A stretch of 64,000 bases of DNA from the NCBI RefSeq assembly GCF_001194135.2, contig NC_069000.1, positions 7,744,013 to 7,808,012 of the forward strand, given 5' to 3'. The DNA is from Octopus bimaculoides. Taxonomy: Eukaryota. The notes under the pieces are model-generated. The model searched no databases, had not been told where the DNA came from, and worked only from the letters and a program-made list of their open reading frames with translations. A program made the position numbers and the translations under genes. Of this stretch, positions 1 to 14,280 are shown one piece after another (positions within the stretch are counted from its first letter, which is position 1; the number at the start of each line of letters is the position of its first letter).

Positions 1-1293
1 ATAACGAAGATGATGATGATGATGATGGGTGCACTATTTCCTCCAGAAGATTGATTTAGAGCAGTCATAGGTAAAATGCAGCTCACAGGACACACACAGG
101 ACTTTCTCAGTGGCATGACTAATGAAAAATTACTTAAATATTTTTAGTAGAATTTCTCACCTGATGATAAGCCATTGTCTTATGCAGCCTACTTCTTATA
201 GGTTGCCCCTCCCTGGTTTAGAACTCAAAGAACCAAAGAAAGCTGCCATGGCTAAAGAGCAGCTAAGATCGGTTCAAGATGGTTGTGGTTGCCAAGGGAC
301 TACAAATGGAACTCCTCTGCAGATGAAGGCTGATTCAGTCCTTGCTGTTCCACTCAGGTCAAGCATACAAGCTAAGATTTGAAATGCATTTGGCCCTGAG
401 ACACCTGTTGAAAACACAAAAGGGCTTCCAATATTTTGATAGCTTCACCTTCAGAAGAGCTTGCAATAGCTCTGAGTGGCTCCTGCATTTTCTTTGTGAG
501 GCAACACGTTTGTGATGTTCCGTTCATTGATACTACTTCTAGCACTGTACCTCTCTTATGTCATGCTACAATCCATGTGACAACCCTGGCTGACACCACA
601 ATCTTGACTCTATATCATCAATTGCCAGAAAAACTGGTAATATACATGTATTAGTCCATGTTTCATTATACATTAAATTGCATTCTAGGTCATATGTGTA
701 ACTATAAAAAAGGAGCCATGTTATGCTGTTACACAATAACCAGCATGTCACAAGTGTCGCAATCTTTTATTTTATCAACCATGGAAGAACAACAGGCGAA
801 GTGGGAGTCAGCAGGATTTGAACTTGGAATATAAAGGGTTGTAACTAAATAGTGCCAGCTATTTGGTCTATATTAATTCTGCAACCCATTTCCCTACAAC
901 CATTAACAAAAGAGTACATTAGAATGTTTATTATATTACTGGTTTGTTTTCAGTCAATTGCGTTGAGTTAATTACGAAGTTGAGCAGTTAATTACTGCAT
1001 TAATGAGTCAATCAGTTAGTTATCAATTAACGGATCAACAATTAATTGTTAACAAGTAGACGCATTGGGTGAGCAATATGTTGGTAATATTATTAAAATG
1101 GATTTGGTGACACAATAAACTGTGTCCACAATCCACCTCCGTTACTACCATATTCATAGACATCATCACCACTACCACCCGATTATTGACGCGATCACCA
1201 CTACCGTCGCCAATGCCCTCACTAACATCATCGCTGTCATCACTAACGGTCATCACGGTCCAAATTAGTTCTTACTCGGAGCAACTGCCGGCA

Positions 1294-1507
1294 CTACTTC
1301 AATACAGAAGTCCCGATGCATCTACGTAACGATATGTGTTTACAGTGCACGCTCGTTAGGGTTAATTTTAGGGTTGCGTAGATGCGTTGGGAACTCTGTA
1401 TTTAAGTAGGCGAAAGTATAGAATACGTACACCCAGTGTTTAGGGTTTGGGTTAGGGTTTTTTGTTACGTTGAAAACGGGTGGTGTACGTATTCTTTACC
1501 TCCGCCT
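1294..1507. repeat. Two abutting imperfect inverted repeats with TTAGGG-containing spacers
   Basis: 1294-1330 versus 1373-1409 pair at 31/37. 1408-1433 versus 1482-1507 pair at 23/26. Confidence 0.85.
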
Positions 1508-2713
1508 TTAAGTCGTACCCAACTGCCATCCAGGGTCACTAACATTCCACTTGTAAATTATTTATTGTGTAAGTTTACCATGATGTCATTTAATACCTAT
1601 TGGCAATGTATGAAAGTCACAGCTACCAACGTTCCTTTCTTTATATTTCCCAGGATTCAAGTTTATTTAAGACGTTGACATTTATATAACAGAAATTATC
1701 ATCACAATAAATCATTATTACTATAATTATTAAGGCGATATGGTACAAATGGTAACAAACAAGATTGCATAGCATTAATTCATGTAATTTACTCTTCTTG
1801 GGTTACCTTAAATATCTTTTGAGCTGATATATACTAGTAATAGAGTTTTGAATCAACCAACGAAATCTACTTAATGAAAAAATTATCATCCAAGAAAAAG
1901 AGAGCTGTGATCTAGTGTCCATAATTAGTTAAAGCCAATTTATTCTAACACAACTAAAGCTCCAGAGAAAGCCATGAATGCCTCACACTCATAATTTCTC
2001 TCTCCTGCAAACCTGTGGGACTCAACCTCAAACAATAAACAAATATTTCTAAGATAACATTGATTACTTCCCTTTACATGGATTACTTCCCCTCCTTCTG
2101 AAATCACAACACCAACTCCCTCACTTGGTCACTTCCAAATAAATTGATTCCATTTTAGTTTTGACAATTGATTAAAATGACAGTACTAAAATTTTTAATG
2201 TTGATATTACGTTTAAGAATGAGGGAAAGACAGGACTGATGATGATCTTATAAAATACAATAGCATGCACAAATGTGTGTCTGTATGTGTGTGTGTGTGT
2301 ATGTTGGTGTAAAAGTCTATCCACTGGGCCCCAGTTGAAATCCCTGTACTGCATGTTTGTTCCCAAATCTAACTTGACTCTGGATATTATAAAAATACTC
2401 TAAAATTTCAGAAGCTCTAGAATATTGAAACTGGCACCCTGATCCTACTGCCATACTTTAACATATACACAAATTCATATTCTGTTGTACATGTGTGTAT
2501 TCAACAATGCCTACTGATTTACTTCTTTCTAAACCTTTGCTATTCCTCTCATTAAATCACTTTCAAAATTCACTACTTTTAGTCACTGTTTTATTTTTAG
2601 GTTGTTTTGTTTTTTAACATGAAACTTTATCGGCAATATACTCGCTGGTATAGTAACCTTCCTATTAATAGATCTGGAAGTAGTTGTCGGATAGCCAAAC
2701 TGTTCTCATAAAG

Positions 2714-3240
2714 CTACCTATCCAGTCTATATCTACAAACCATTTCTACCTATCCAGTCTATATCTACAAACCATTTCTACCTATCCAGTCTATATCTAC
2801 AAACCATTTCTACTTATCCAGTTAACATCTACACACTGTGTTTACATATCTACCCAATCAACATCCACACAATGTCTATATATCTAACCACTTAGCATCC
2901 ACACAGTGCCTATATACCTAACCAGTCAACACTTATTCACTCTGTCTAGCTATCCAGTAAACGTCTACACACTGTGTCTATATACCTAGTCTCTCAATAT
3001 CTACTCATTGCATCTATATATAAATATATATTCTTTCAGCATCTACACACTGCGTCTATACATATATATATATATCTATTCTTTCAGCATTTACACATTG
3101 CTTCTATATATATATTTTTTTCTGTCTACACACTGTGTCTATATATCTATCCAGTCAACATCCATGCAGTGTGTCTATATATATATCCAATCAACATCAA
3201 CACACCATACCTGTATGTACTTAACCATCAACGTTTACAA
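2714..3240. repeat. 32-bp minisatellite (CTACCTATCCAGTCTATATCTACAAACCATTT), 3 perfect copies then decaying
   Basis: Read directly from the sequence. Confidence 0.85.
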
Positions 3241-3949
3241 AAGTATTTATCTATAGTAGTAAAACAAAAATGATTATCTTCTCTGAGATAAAATATGCTT
3301 GGAATTTCAAGTTTCCACCAGCAGAACAGACTAAGTTATTTGTTGTATATTAAATGTGACATATTGTCAAACAGGACAGTAAAAAAATATTGTCTCATTA
3401 GTATTCACTCATTAACTCAATCTCTCAGTAAATTAAGAATTATTCTCAACCAGTAAGCTTAGTCTTTATTGTTATTCAGCACCTGGAACTAATCAGGCCA
3501 AACTACAAGAGAAAAATCACACACACAGAACCAGCATGAGACAGAAATTCACAAAAAATCTAATTTTATTTCAGAAGTCATACTTGCATTTATGACTTCT
3601 AATTATGAAATTAATAGTTTTGTTTTAATTAAATTTATGGCCAAGTTATTTATCTCTCCAATTTATCAGAAACATCATCTTCACTGCACCATTCTTTTAT
3701 ATTTGTGTATGTTGTATTAGTGCTACTGATCTCGGTGCCCCTGGAATTGTTACAACTCAACTCAGAGCTATTGGTCTGTGTGCCACTGATCTATATAACT
3801 GGACCCAGTGCCAGTGGACTCGGTGCTATTGGTTTCTGTGTCACTGGTGCCATTGCTATGGAGCTCTCCATATATTCTACACACTGACACACAATTGTCT
3901 TAAAAAGTTCATAATGCAATCACTAAGTCTCGGGTTCAATCTGACATGG

Positions 3950-4370
3950 AGCGATGGAAACTATAAGGAAGTGCATCAGATGGATTACACTCGGAATTCA
4001 AAAGTGGAGCCTTGTCTCATACACTGTCAAACTGATTCAGCCTGAAAATTTCATTAAGGATATACAAGTCTGGAATACTCAACCACTTGCATGTTATGAG
4101 TAAATCAATAGATTGAACAACTGAATCCTCATCACCAGATGATTGAGATTCATCTATTCATCCACACATACACTGCTTCTTTCCATCCTTCTCATCTTTC
4201 ACCAGTTTACTCTCTCTTCTTCTTCGCTAACTCTATCTGGCATCCACAACACACACAGCCATCAACTTTACAATACATGTTGCACTTTAAACATCTGACA
4301 TGTCTGCCCAGCACCAACTCCATGCCCACAGACGACTAGTAGTATTCTGGGGTATACACATGTGGAGGTA
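3950..4370 (+). mobile_element. Possible very decayed CR1-like LINE 3' end
   Basis: Faint QPLA and SFF..IW-like motifs only, with no continuous frame. Confidence 0.25.
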
Positions 4371-7300
4371 ATGATGGTAACCTGAAGTTTGCCTGAGACG
4401 CTCTGAGAAGTCACAAAGTTGTCAAATGAGAAGAGGGGGGGAAGTCACATGACTGACGATGTAAAGTCAATAGAAGGTGGGGTCTGATAGTGATACCATT
4501 CCAGTAAACACTGAAAATCCATTTTCTACATATGTGCTGTCCTGTAAATGCTCAGCAGCATTTTGCTTGTCTTTACATTCTGAGTTCAAATCCTGTCAAG
4601 GTCAACTTTGCCTTTTATCCTTTCAAGGTCGATAAAATAAGTACTAGATGAGCACTGGGGTTGATGTAATCGACTTTCTCCTTTCCCCAAAATTGTAGGC
4701 CTTATGCCAAAATTTGGCACCAATATTAAGGCAGAGTAGCTATGTGGTTAGGGTATTGGGCTGCTGATCCTATTGGTCGTAAGTTCAATCATGAACAAGT
4801 CATATAAACTCTGCTTCACATCACAGAGCTATCCCCGACTTCACTGTTGAGCAGTTGACCATCTGGCTGGAAAAACAATTTGTCCAAAACACGGTACTTT
4901 TTTCTATGCATGTGTTGAGTGAACCAATGAAAAGCTACATTCTGTACAATGCCAACAGCACTGCATCCCAATAAACAGAGATTGTTGACCCTTAAGCCAG
5001 CATTTTACAGCCACAATGAGCTGTCGGTCCTGAACATGTATGTGTTGCACAATGTCGATGAGTCTTTGGTTGGCAAATTGCCAGTTTTGCTGAAGGCAAT
5101 GTGCCAAGTGGAAATATCGGTGAAGTCAATATAGAAACCATCAATACTATGATTCCTGAGATTTAAAGAAGTGCAGGGGAGAAGGGCAGCAGACATGGGA
5201 CATCCGGGATTCTTTAAATGTTAATTTCGTTCCACCATGGATTTGAATGAAACAGCTGAGTCAGAGAAAAGTCAATGTCGTTTATCAACTTGGTTTATTA
5301 CAGCAAATAGAAATAATATATTCATTAATTAGGTGAAGGGGGGAAAGAGAAAGAGAGAAAGGTTCTGAACTGACTTGACCACCATCTTACTGGTATTGAT
5401 TTTACTGGTGGTTCAATCCCAGTGCATGGCACCTTAATAACCTATGATTTACGAATNNNNNNNNNNNNNNNNNNNNNNNNNNNNNNNNNNNNNNNNNNNN
5501 NNNNNNNNNNNNNNNNNNNNNNNNNNNNNNNNNNNNNNNNNNNNNNNNNNNNNNNNNNNNNNNNNNNNNNNNNNNNNNNNNNNNNNNNNNNNNNNNNNNN
5601 NNNNNNNNNNNNNNNNNNNNNNNNNNNNNNNNNNNNNNNNNNNNNNNNNNNNNNNNNNNNNNNNNNNNNNNNNNNNTATATATATATATATATATATAAT
5701 CATCATTTAACGTCTGTTTTGCCATTCTGGCATGGGTTGGACAGGAGCTGACTAGCTGAAGGGCTGTTCATGTCTGCTATGGCTGTATGCCTTTCCTAAC
5801 ACCAACCACTTTACAGTGTGTACTGGGTGCTTTTACGACCCCTAAAAAGCAAAGTTGACCTTAGTGGAATTTTACCACAGAGCATGGTGATGGATGAAAT
5901 ACCACTAAGCATTTTGAAAGGATTACAGGCAGAGCCAATCTCGATGGAATTTAAACACGGAGTGTAAAGACAGATGAAATGCTGCTAAACATTTTGTCCA
6001 GCGAACTAATGATTCTGTTAATAATGATAATGGTTTCAAATTTTGGCACAAGGTCAGCAATTTCAGGGAAGGAGTAAATTAATTATACTGATCCCCCCAT
6101 TGCTCAATTTTTTTTTTGTATCTACCCCAAAAGGATGACAATGCTGACCTCAACAGAATTTGAACTCAGGATGTAAAGACAGGCAAACTGCCACGAAGCA
6201 GTTTGCCTGGTGTGCTCACGATTCTGCCAGCATGCCTTATCACTAATAACAACAGCAATAATTTCTCATATCAGCACAAACCCATGAAAGTAGGTTTGAC
6301 TGAACCATAGAATATAGCTGGTACCTTAGTGCAGCTCTGGGAGAATGACAGATAAATATAATTACTTAGAGAGCTTGGACTCAAAACTAAATATTACATG
6401 AGAGTCTGCTTTGTTTGCCACCTCTACAATAGTTGGTGAGATTATTATTATTAATAAATTAATAATGGTATTAATAATGCTAATAGATATTTTTTCCTCG
6501 ACAGCAAGTGTTCATTATTTGGCAAAGATGAGAGAAAGAGAAAGTGAGTAGGTTAGTATTGCACCAACTGCCCTAAATCTACCAATGTGAGACTAACAGT
6601 GGTAGGAAATCAATGTCTTCCACTTCACGCTCAGAAATGTTCACGTTTGATCCGTGTTTATAGAATATTGATTCCGTTTTTGACAGCAAGGAGGTGTGTA
6701 AGGGGAGAGAAACACAGGAATACACCAGAAGATGTTACTCGGTTTTGGAGCTTTAGTACCACCAATGCCTGCATTGCTTATACATACAGCACTATTATAC
6801 GCCACTGTGCACATACATGATTATACAGCTGAATGCATGTTCATGCATATAGACATACCAACATATATAGACAGGCAGATAATTGTACACAAGAACATAT
6901 ATTTTCCCCACCCACACATATGCATACACTCCCACAGACATACATATACACTCACATATATATATATATATATATATATATACCCATATATTCACCAATG
7001 TACACAGACGCACACCTACATGTATAGACACACATCTACATATAGACACAGCCACATATGCATACACACCCACCTATTTATACATATGCACCTAATATAT
7101 ACACCCACACAAAATATATGTGCACATCAGCATAGGCAGACACAATAGCATGCAATCACATCAGTATATAGTCACATACACACACACAGAAGATAAAAAT
7201 TATTGGGGTAGCCTGTAGAAAGGAAAAGGTAACAGGGATATCCTGTAATATGGTGGACAGTGGATGACAATGAAGAACACAGGTGGGCACAGGGGAGGCC

Positions 7301-7613
7301 AGGTGGACAGTGATGGGCGGTAGTGGGCAGTAATGGACATTGGATGATAGAAGTGGATAGCTTTTATCCTTTTCTTTTTCAGTCATTTGGCAACAGTCAC
7401 TTGGCAACCACTTTGAAACTTCAAATATATCAACCCTAGTACTTATTTTTTTTAATGCCTGGTCCTTATTTTAGTGGTTCTTTTGATGAACCACTAAGTT
7501 ATGAGGACATAAACACACCAACACCAGTCAAGTGGTCCTGAGGGACAAAGATACAAAAACACACACACATCTATTTATATATAAATATATATATGTGTGC
7601 ATGTATATATATG

Positions 7614-7644
<31 letters not shown>

Positions 7645-7930
7645 GTATACGATGAGCTTCTTTCAGTTTCCATCTACCAAATCCACTCAAAGGCTTTGAT
7701 AGGCCCAAGGCTATAGTAGAAGACATTTGCCTAAGGTGCCATGCAGTGAGACTGAACCTGGAACTATGTGGTTGAGAAGCAACCACAGTGCAAAATAGTG
7801 ATTAATGGTGGGTAGATAGAGACAGTGGTATTCTGTGATGGACATTGGTTAATGGTAATGACAAGAATAATAAGATAAATTAGCAAAAACAATATAAAAA
7901 TACAATAAAAATAAGTCTCATGGTACATAC

Positions 7931-8020
7931 ATTCCTGGAAAGTTGCAGCTGGTCATTTGCAGTGAGTGCAACAGTGGTGGTCGGTGGATGAGGTGCACCA
8001 CTCCACCAGCAGAAACCTTG
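7931..8020 (-). CDS. Weak candidate downstream exon (90 nt; or 86 nt from an alternative AG at 8016)
   Basis: About 70 nt free of AG (TG-rich, containing TTAAC) before GACAG|, and donor AAT|GTATGT. It is open in phase 0 from either acceptor. The peptides are not recognised. Confidence 0.2.
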
Positions 8021-9482
8021 CTGTCGACAACACAACCACATCAACAATGATAGGTTAACACAACAAACACATTTGCAGTTTTCATGGAAATTCTTCTTTT
8101 GCTGTTGTCAGGTTCTGTTGGTGTTTATGGGTAGGGTCACACCCATAACTTACAGAAAGTGTTGGTTCGTCAGAGTGGGGGTAGAGCCAGGGGGGTGGGG
8201 GTGGAATCTATGCAGAGTGTATGCAGTTCAAATAAGTAACAGACTATAGGGACTAAAATCCTTGTGGTATTCACTTTGACCACTTTGCATTCTAGGTGTC
8301 AACCCTACAAAGAGGAGAGGGCCTACTTTTCCTTCTTTCACCCTTCAAGAGATTAATGAAGTACCAGGGTACATTTAGTCAATCATAATACTCTTCTTTA
8401 AATATGTGTGGCTCTGTGTCAAATTGAAAAACAGTTATTTTATTATTATTATTATGAAAGGGCAGTGGATTGTAAGAATGGTTAAGGGAATTGGACAAAA
8501 TACCCTGCAATATTTGTACTAATTCCTAATGTTCTGAGTTCAAATCTCATCAAGGTCAAGTTTACATTTCATGACTCCTGGGGGGGGGGGGTCGAAAAAA
8601 TAAAACACCAGTCAATTACTAGGGTTGCTGTCCTTGTGCCTGAATTAGTAAGCATTGTTGTTGTTGTTGTTGGCCAGCCACTGACTGAATTCTTGGATGT
8701 CAATAAGACGCCTGGGATAATATTTCAGAGCCACCAGGATGAGGACTCTGATAGTAAAAGCGATATCAAGGAGATAAATGGGGGTGGAGACTTATTGGTG
8801 AACCTGGTTTCTGGGGTCAGGAAGGAAGAATACCCACCCACAATCATAAACAAGGCTCCTCACAGCTTCAGTTTCCTCCCGGCTAGTTTTGGGGGTAAAA
8901 TGTGAGGGAAAGATGACTGGAAGAAAATGGGGAGAGCGAGAGGGAGAAAGACAGAGAAAGAAATAGTGTGTGTGTGTGTGTGTGACAGCTGTATATAGTT
9001 GGAACTCATAGACAAAGATTCATTTCACTTCCATGTTTATCATAGTACCATGGTAACAAGTGGTAATAAATCCAGGAATAGACAGCTTCTGCTAACAACT
9101 GGTGACTAATCCATGGACACACAGCATTTGGTAACAAGGCAGTAAGAATCCAAGAATCCACTTTCACTGGCTTAAAATGATGACTGGTGTAAATGAAGTA
9201 AAACTGTCAGCCACAAGTAATCCAAATACTTTGGTAAACTAATCCAGGATCACTGAAAGTGTCCTAACAAATGGTAACTAATCCAGGAATATTCAGCTTC
9301 CAGTAACGAGCAGTTACCAAATTCCAAAATCTAAAAAGTTCCAGTGACAAGTGACAGCTGAGAGTTCTTCTATCAATTGGGGAGGTGAACTGGATATCCA
9401 ATCCAAAATTGAAAAATCTTCAACACAGAATTTTTCAGAAAGAATTGAACAGTAAGAGATGATCCAAAAATCAATATCGTAA

Positions 9483-9522
<40 letters not shown>

Positions 9523-10014
9523 CTTGAGAATTAAGTTTGTACTAAAAGTGTTATAATGCACTCTTTAAAAATATTATATATACAGAACATTATATAGCCT
9601 GGAGTTTGTGTGTATGTAGTGTCATATAGCTTGGAGTTTATGAGCATCTAGAGTGTTATATAGCTTATAGCCTATGTATTGAGTGTTATGCAGCATGTGT
9701 GTATATATACATATATACATATATATATANNNNNNNNNNNNNNNNNNNNNNNNNNNNNNNNNNNNNNNNNNNNNNNNNNNNNNNNNNNNNNNNNNNNNNN
9801 NNNNNNNNNNNNNNNNNNNNNNNNNNNNNNNNNNNNNNNNNNNNNNNNNNNNNNNNNNNNNNNNNNNNNNNNNNNNNNNNNNNNNNNNNNNNNNNNNNNN
9901 ACAGGGTTACATAGTGTGTGTGTACAGAAACAGACTGAGTGCTGTATATCTTGTGTGCAAATAATGCTACAATAGAATGCAAGTTGTATGTATAGAGTGT
10001 ATATAATATATAGC

Positions 10015-10067
<53 letters not shown>

Positions 10068-10975
10068 TGAGATACAGCAATGGAAGAGAGCAGCAGGAGT
10101 ACAGCAGAGTACGACTAAAGCAGTTGACCATAAGAAAAACAAGAGAGTATCAGCAGTGGAGTACAACAGGAGTATGCGTGACACTGAGCAGACGAGTCGC
10201 CTTTACTACAGCTGTAGACTAGGAGTACGTGAGGACGGCATCGGTCGTAGTACCAGTAGAGTAGTGAGAGGACACGCAGATCCTCCTCTGTCCCTCAATG
10301 TTGTGCTAACCACCAAAAGTTCAACTGATTTTGTCAGCTACTTTCCCTGCCTTATTATTATTACTCATGTTGTTGTTGTTGTGTCAATATATACAGAGCA
10401 ACATCAACAAACACATACATACACACGCATACATTGACATATATACGCATCCACTCGAGTACACACGCTCATACGCGCATAAACATATACACATACACAC
10501 ACTTATACACAATACAGCTGTTAGTGTGTAATTTACATGAAAAGATATTTACAGCTGTGTGAATGTGTGTGCGTGTGTATGGACACGCGTGTGTTGTCTG
10601 TGAATGTGAGTGTGTGTGTGTGTGATTGAGAGTGAAATGGTAAATATGTGTCTTGTGTGTGTGTGTGTGTACTAATACTTTAAAAGATGATGTCTATTGT
10701 GGCAAAGGAGGGGAATTATATGAGCTCGAAAGCGTATATATGCGTGTAGAAAGAGAGAGAGAAAGAATATATTTGGAGAGAGAGAGAGACACACACACAG
10801 AATGCGGAGATAAAGGAAGAAAGAAACAGAGATAGGAGTGAAAAGAAAGTAGAGGGAGAGGAGGAGGTGTGTGTGTGTGTGTGTGTTTGTGCGTGCGAGT
10901 GTGTATAGGCATGTGCGTGTGATGTTTCAATGAGATATGTGAGATCAAAGTGGAGTCAACAGTTAGATTACAGCG

Positions 10976-11014
<39 letters not shown>

Positions 11015-11030
11015 ATGCGTGTGTCTTTGC

Positions 11031-11087
<57 letters not shown>

Positions 11088-11459
11088 CGTGTGTCTTTGC
11101 ATATATATATATGTGTGTGTGTGTGTAGTGTTTGCGTACAGTATCTATGTAGTGATTGTAGAATGCGTGCTTATATATATATATATATAGTCTACAATGT
11201 GTATATAGGAGGGAGACGGTGGGGACCTGATGAGGGGTAAGTAATCAGCAGCAGTGGGACAGTCTCCAATCAATAGTTACAATAGAGAGCGGGGGTACAT
11301 ACACACAGCAGTCAGGCAGCCAGCAGCAGCAGCAAACGCCATCATCAGCATCATCACTACCGGCATCAATGCCTCCTTCATCATCATCATCATCATCAAC
11401 AGCAACACCACCATCATCACTATCATCACCACCAGCAGCAGCAGCACTGATAAACCAAT

Positions 11460-11640
11460 CAGGGAGCCTCAGAGTGGTTGCTCGACTTGCTAAAAATAGC
11501 AACCAAATCTCCCTCGAACCATTCTCTAACGGATAGAAGACACTGGATTATGTGGTGATGGATCTAGCAAAAGAGACAGCCAGTCCAGCTTGATCAGCAC
11601 TGACCTAGGGTTAAACAACAGCAACATCCAACCACATAAT
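11460..11640 (+). mobile_element. Interspersed repeat family E (..TGCTAGAAATAGCAGCCAAATCTCCCTC..GGGTTAAACAACAAC)
   Basis: Similar copies are at about 12375-12570 and 34090-34290 (plus) and about 15300-15500 (minus). Confidence 0.6.
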
Positions 11641-11731
11641 GACCACCACCACTGTAACAGGCGAAGAGAAACCATTACAATTGTAGTGGAAATTCAACAG
11701 TGTTGTAGTGGGAGAGGAGTGGGGGTTGCAG

Positions 11732-11765
<34 letters not shown>

Positions 11766-11939
11766 GCATACATGTGTATGTATATATACATACACGCATA
11801 TACACACACACACAGACACGTATATATACACACATACATATACAGAGAGAGGGGAGCAGCGAGGTGTGTCACGTGCTAAAGGATGCTGAGGTTGTTTAAT
11901 AAACACAAATACTGCAACAACAACATTAAGTGACCAATA

Positions 11940-12360
11940 CATACAACATCCTCTACTACCACCACCACCACCATCATTACTACTATATACTATCATATAC
12001 TACTACCACCACTGCTTCTACAACCGCCACTACTGCTACAGCCACTACTACCACTACCGCCACTGCCGCCACCACCACCACCACCACCACTATAGCTACC
12101 ATTTATACCACTATCACTGCTACTGCTACAAGCATCACTACACCCACCACCACCACCACCATTACTACTATATACTAACATATACTACTACTATTACTAC
12201 CACCACTACAACTACATTACATTACCACTGCAAATAACTACAAGATCATATGAGTTAGTAATGTTGCGGCAGTAGTGTAGTGATGGTATTCACCACTACA
12301 GTACTAGCACACTAACACCCCAACAACTACAACACTAGTCCACTACCACCATAACCACAA
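11940..12360. repeat. (CAC/TAC)n low-complexity tract; similar tracts at about 11320-11450, 20330-20580, 21890-22140 and 28640-28780
   Basis: These trinucleotide low-complexity tracts are the source of the poly-T/H/G pseudo-ORFs. Confidence 0.9.
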
Positions 12361-14060
12361 TACAATTTATCCAACAGGAGAGCCTCTATCTGCTAGATAT
12401 AGAAACCAAATCTCCCTCACATCACACTTTGTCTTAAAAGGCAGGACTGAATAATGTACTCTTAACTACACTGTTTCTGCTAGGATGATCATATCTGGAA
12501 TGTGTAACTTCAGATAGATCTTTTGGAGCAGTAGTGGCCAGGGGGTAAACAAGAGCAAGAAAATGGGTCGCAGTATCTCTTGACCCCAAAAAAGGGAACA
12601 CACCACACACACACACAGTGTCCCTTTAACATTCAACAGTTGAAATCCTGTCAGCAGTTATGTTGTGTCCTTAGAAAATATCTAAACAAACAGTGGCCAA
12701 GTCTACTTGGCTGTAAAGAGGTGCCACTAAGAGGCACAGTTCACCTAGTTGTAAAGAGGTGTCATAGAAGCACAGTTCATTTGCTTGCAAACAGGGACCA
12801 CAGGAGACCATCATCATCATCATCATTTAACATCTGTTTTCCATGCTGACATGGGTCAAACGATTTGACACACAGGTGGTTTAATACGCGATGCCAGCAT
12901 GAGTGGTCTTCTATGTAACACCAGCACAGGTGCTATTTTATGTGGTGCCAGCATGGCTACTTTTTATGTGGCATTTACACAGGTGCTTTTTACATAGCAC
13001 TAGCACCCATGGGGGGGGGGGTCACCAGAGGAGATACTTGGTTACCCAGGTAGGACAAGGAGCAGATGGTCATGGTGGCCATAAACGACATGCCTAATTG
13101 AGGAACGTTCTATACTGTGTAGAAATCCTCCCATGAAGCAGAAGAAACCACTTGAGTAACCTCTCTTAAATTGCATTATAAACATGAAACCTTCAAAGAA
13201 AATAATGTGGGGGTGGGGATATTTTCTTGTATTGTCCCTTATGTCAGGCAGTGTTGGAGTGCCCCTTATTTTTACTTATGCCCTTTACTTGTTTCAGTCA
13301 CTGGACTATGGCCTTGTTGGAGCATTGCCTTGAAAGCTTTTAGTCAAACAAATTGACCACAGTATATTATTTTTTAAAGTCCCCTTTTGTTGAACTAAGT
13401 TATGGAGATGTAAACAAAGCAACACCAGTTGTCAGACAGCTTAGAGGAAAAACGATACACACACATACATAAGGATTCCACACAATTTTTGCCTACTAAA
13501 AATCCAATCACAAGACTTTGGTTGGCCCAAGGTCATAGTAAAACACACTAATCTAAGGTGAGTGCAATGGAACTAAACTTGAAAAAAAAAACATACAACA
13601 GTGATTTGTCTGAGGGCAGATTTGTTTGTAATATAAACATGTCTAGAAAGGCACAGATAGCATATCTCTCTCCCTCTCTCTCATATATACATATATTATT
13701 TATGGGGCATGTGGCCTCCATTGAAACTCTCTTGATTTATATTAATCTCAAGGTTAGTCTTAATGCATAAGACCTTAAGACAAGGATAGGTAATGTGTCT
13801 CCCCACCTTGTCATCATACATAGCTCCACTTCTTGGCAATGTGATGTAGCACAGTTGGGCTTCTCTAATAAGTGACAAAATATTTTGTGACACTTTTTTG
13901 AATAAATGACTTGGTTTTAAAATTGTAATCCTTTAAAAATGTTATTTTATTGGCGCAAAGTCACATTTTAAAGACATCACCAGCCTTAAAGTCACTGGTA
14001 GGCTACAGCCATCATTAAACATAACAAGTCACTAGGGAATTGGTGGGTTTGGAGCATTAA

Positions 14061-14280
14061 CCCTTTAGCATTTAATCTGGACATATCCAGCCCGAATATT
14101 CTACTTGTTTTGTGTTCAAATTAGCTAGATCTGGCCTCTCACAACCACCCTACAATGTCATTCTAAAAATAAACAACCACATCATTGAGATCTCAAAGCT
14201 ATAAGATGATGCATGATTAATGCCAAACAATGTTAATAAATAAGCATTACATTTGACAGAATAATTTGAATCCTAAAGGG
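14061..14280 (+). mobile_element. piggyBac-type MITE, family P1 (about 220 bp)
   Basis: TTAA|CCCTTTAGCATT ... AATCCTAAAGGG|TAAA, homologous to the copies at 44365, 59766 and 60429. Confidence 0.8.

Noticed and set aside
122-654. Plus-strand ORFs 122-382 and 436-654
   Set aside because: No recognisable domain and no consistent splice structure.
4904-5196. Overlapping short ORFs with a good-looking minus acceptor at 5155
   Set aside because: Phase 0 hits an immediate stop, there is no good donor and no recognisable peptide.
8636-8905. 89-aa plus ORF
   Set aside because: No motif recognised; it is possibly decayed TE sequence, but I could not assign it.
11245-11502. Acidic Asp/Gly-rich 85-aa ORF
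   Set aside because: It is a translation of (CAT/CAG/CAC)n low-complexity sequence running into a SINE-like repeat.
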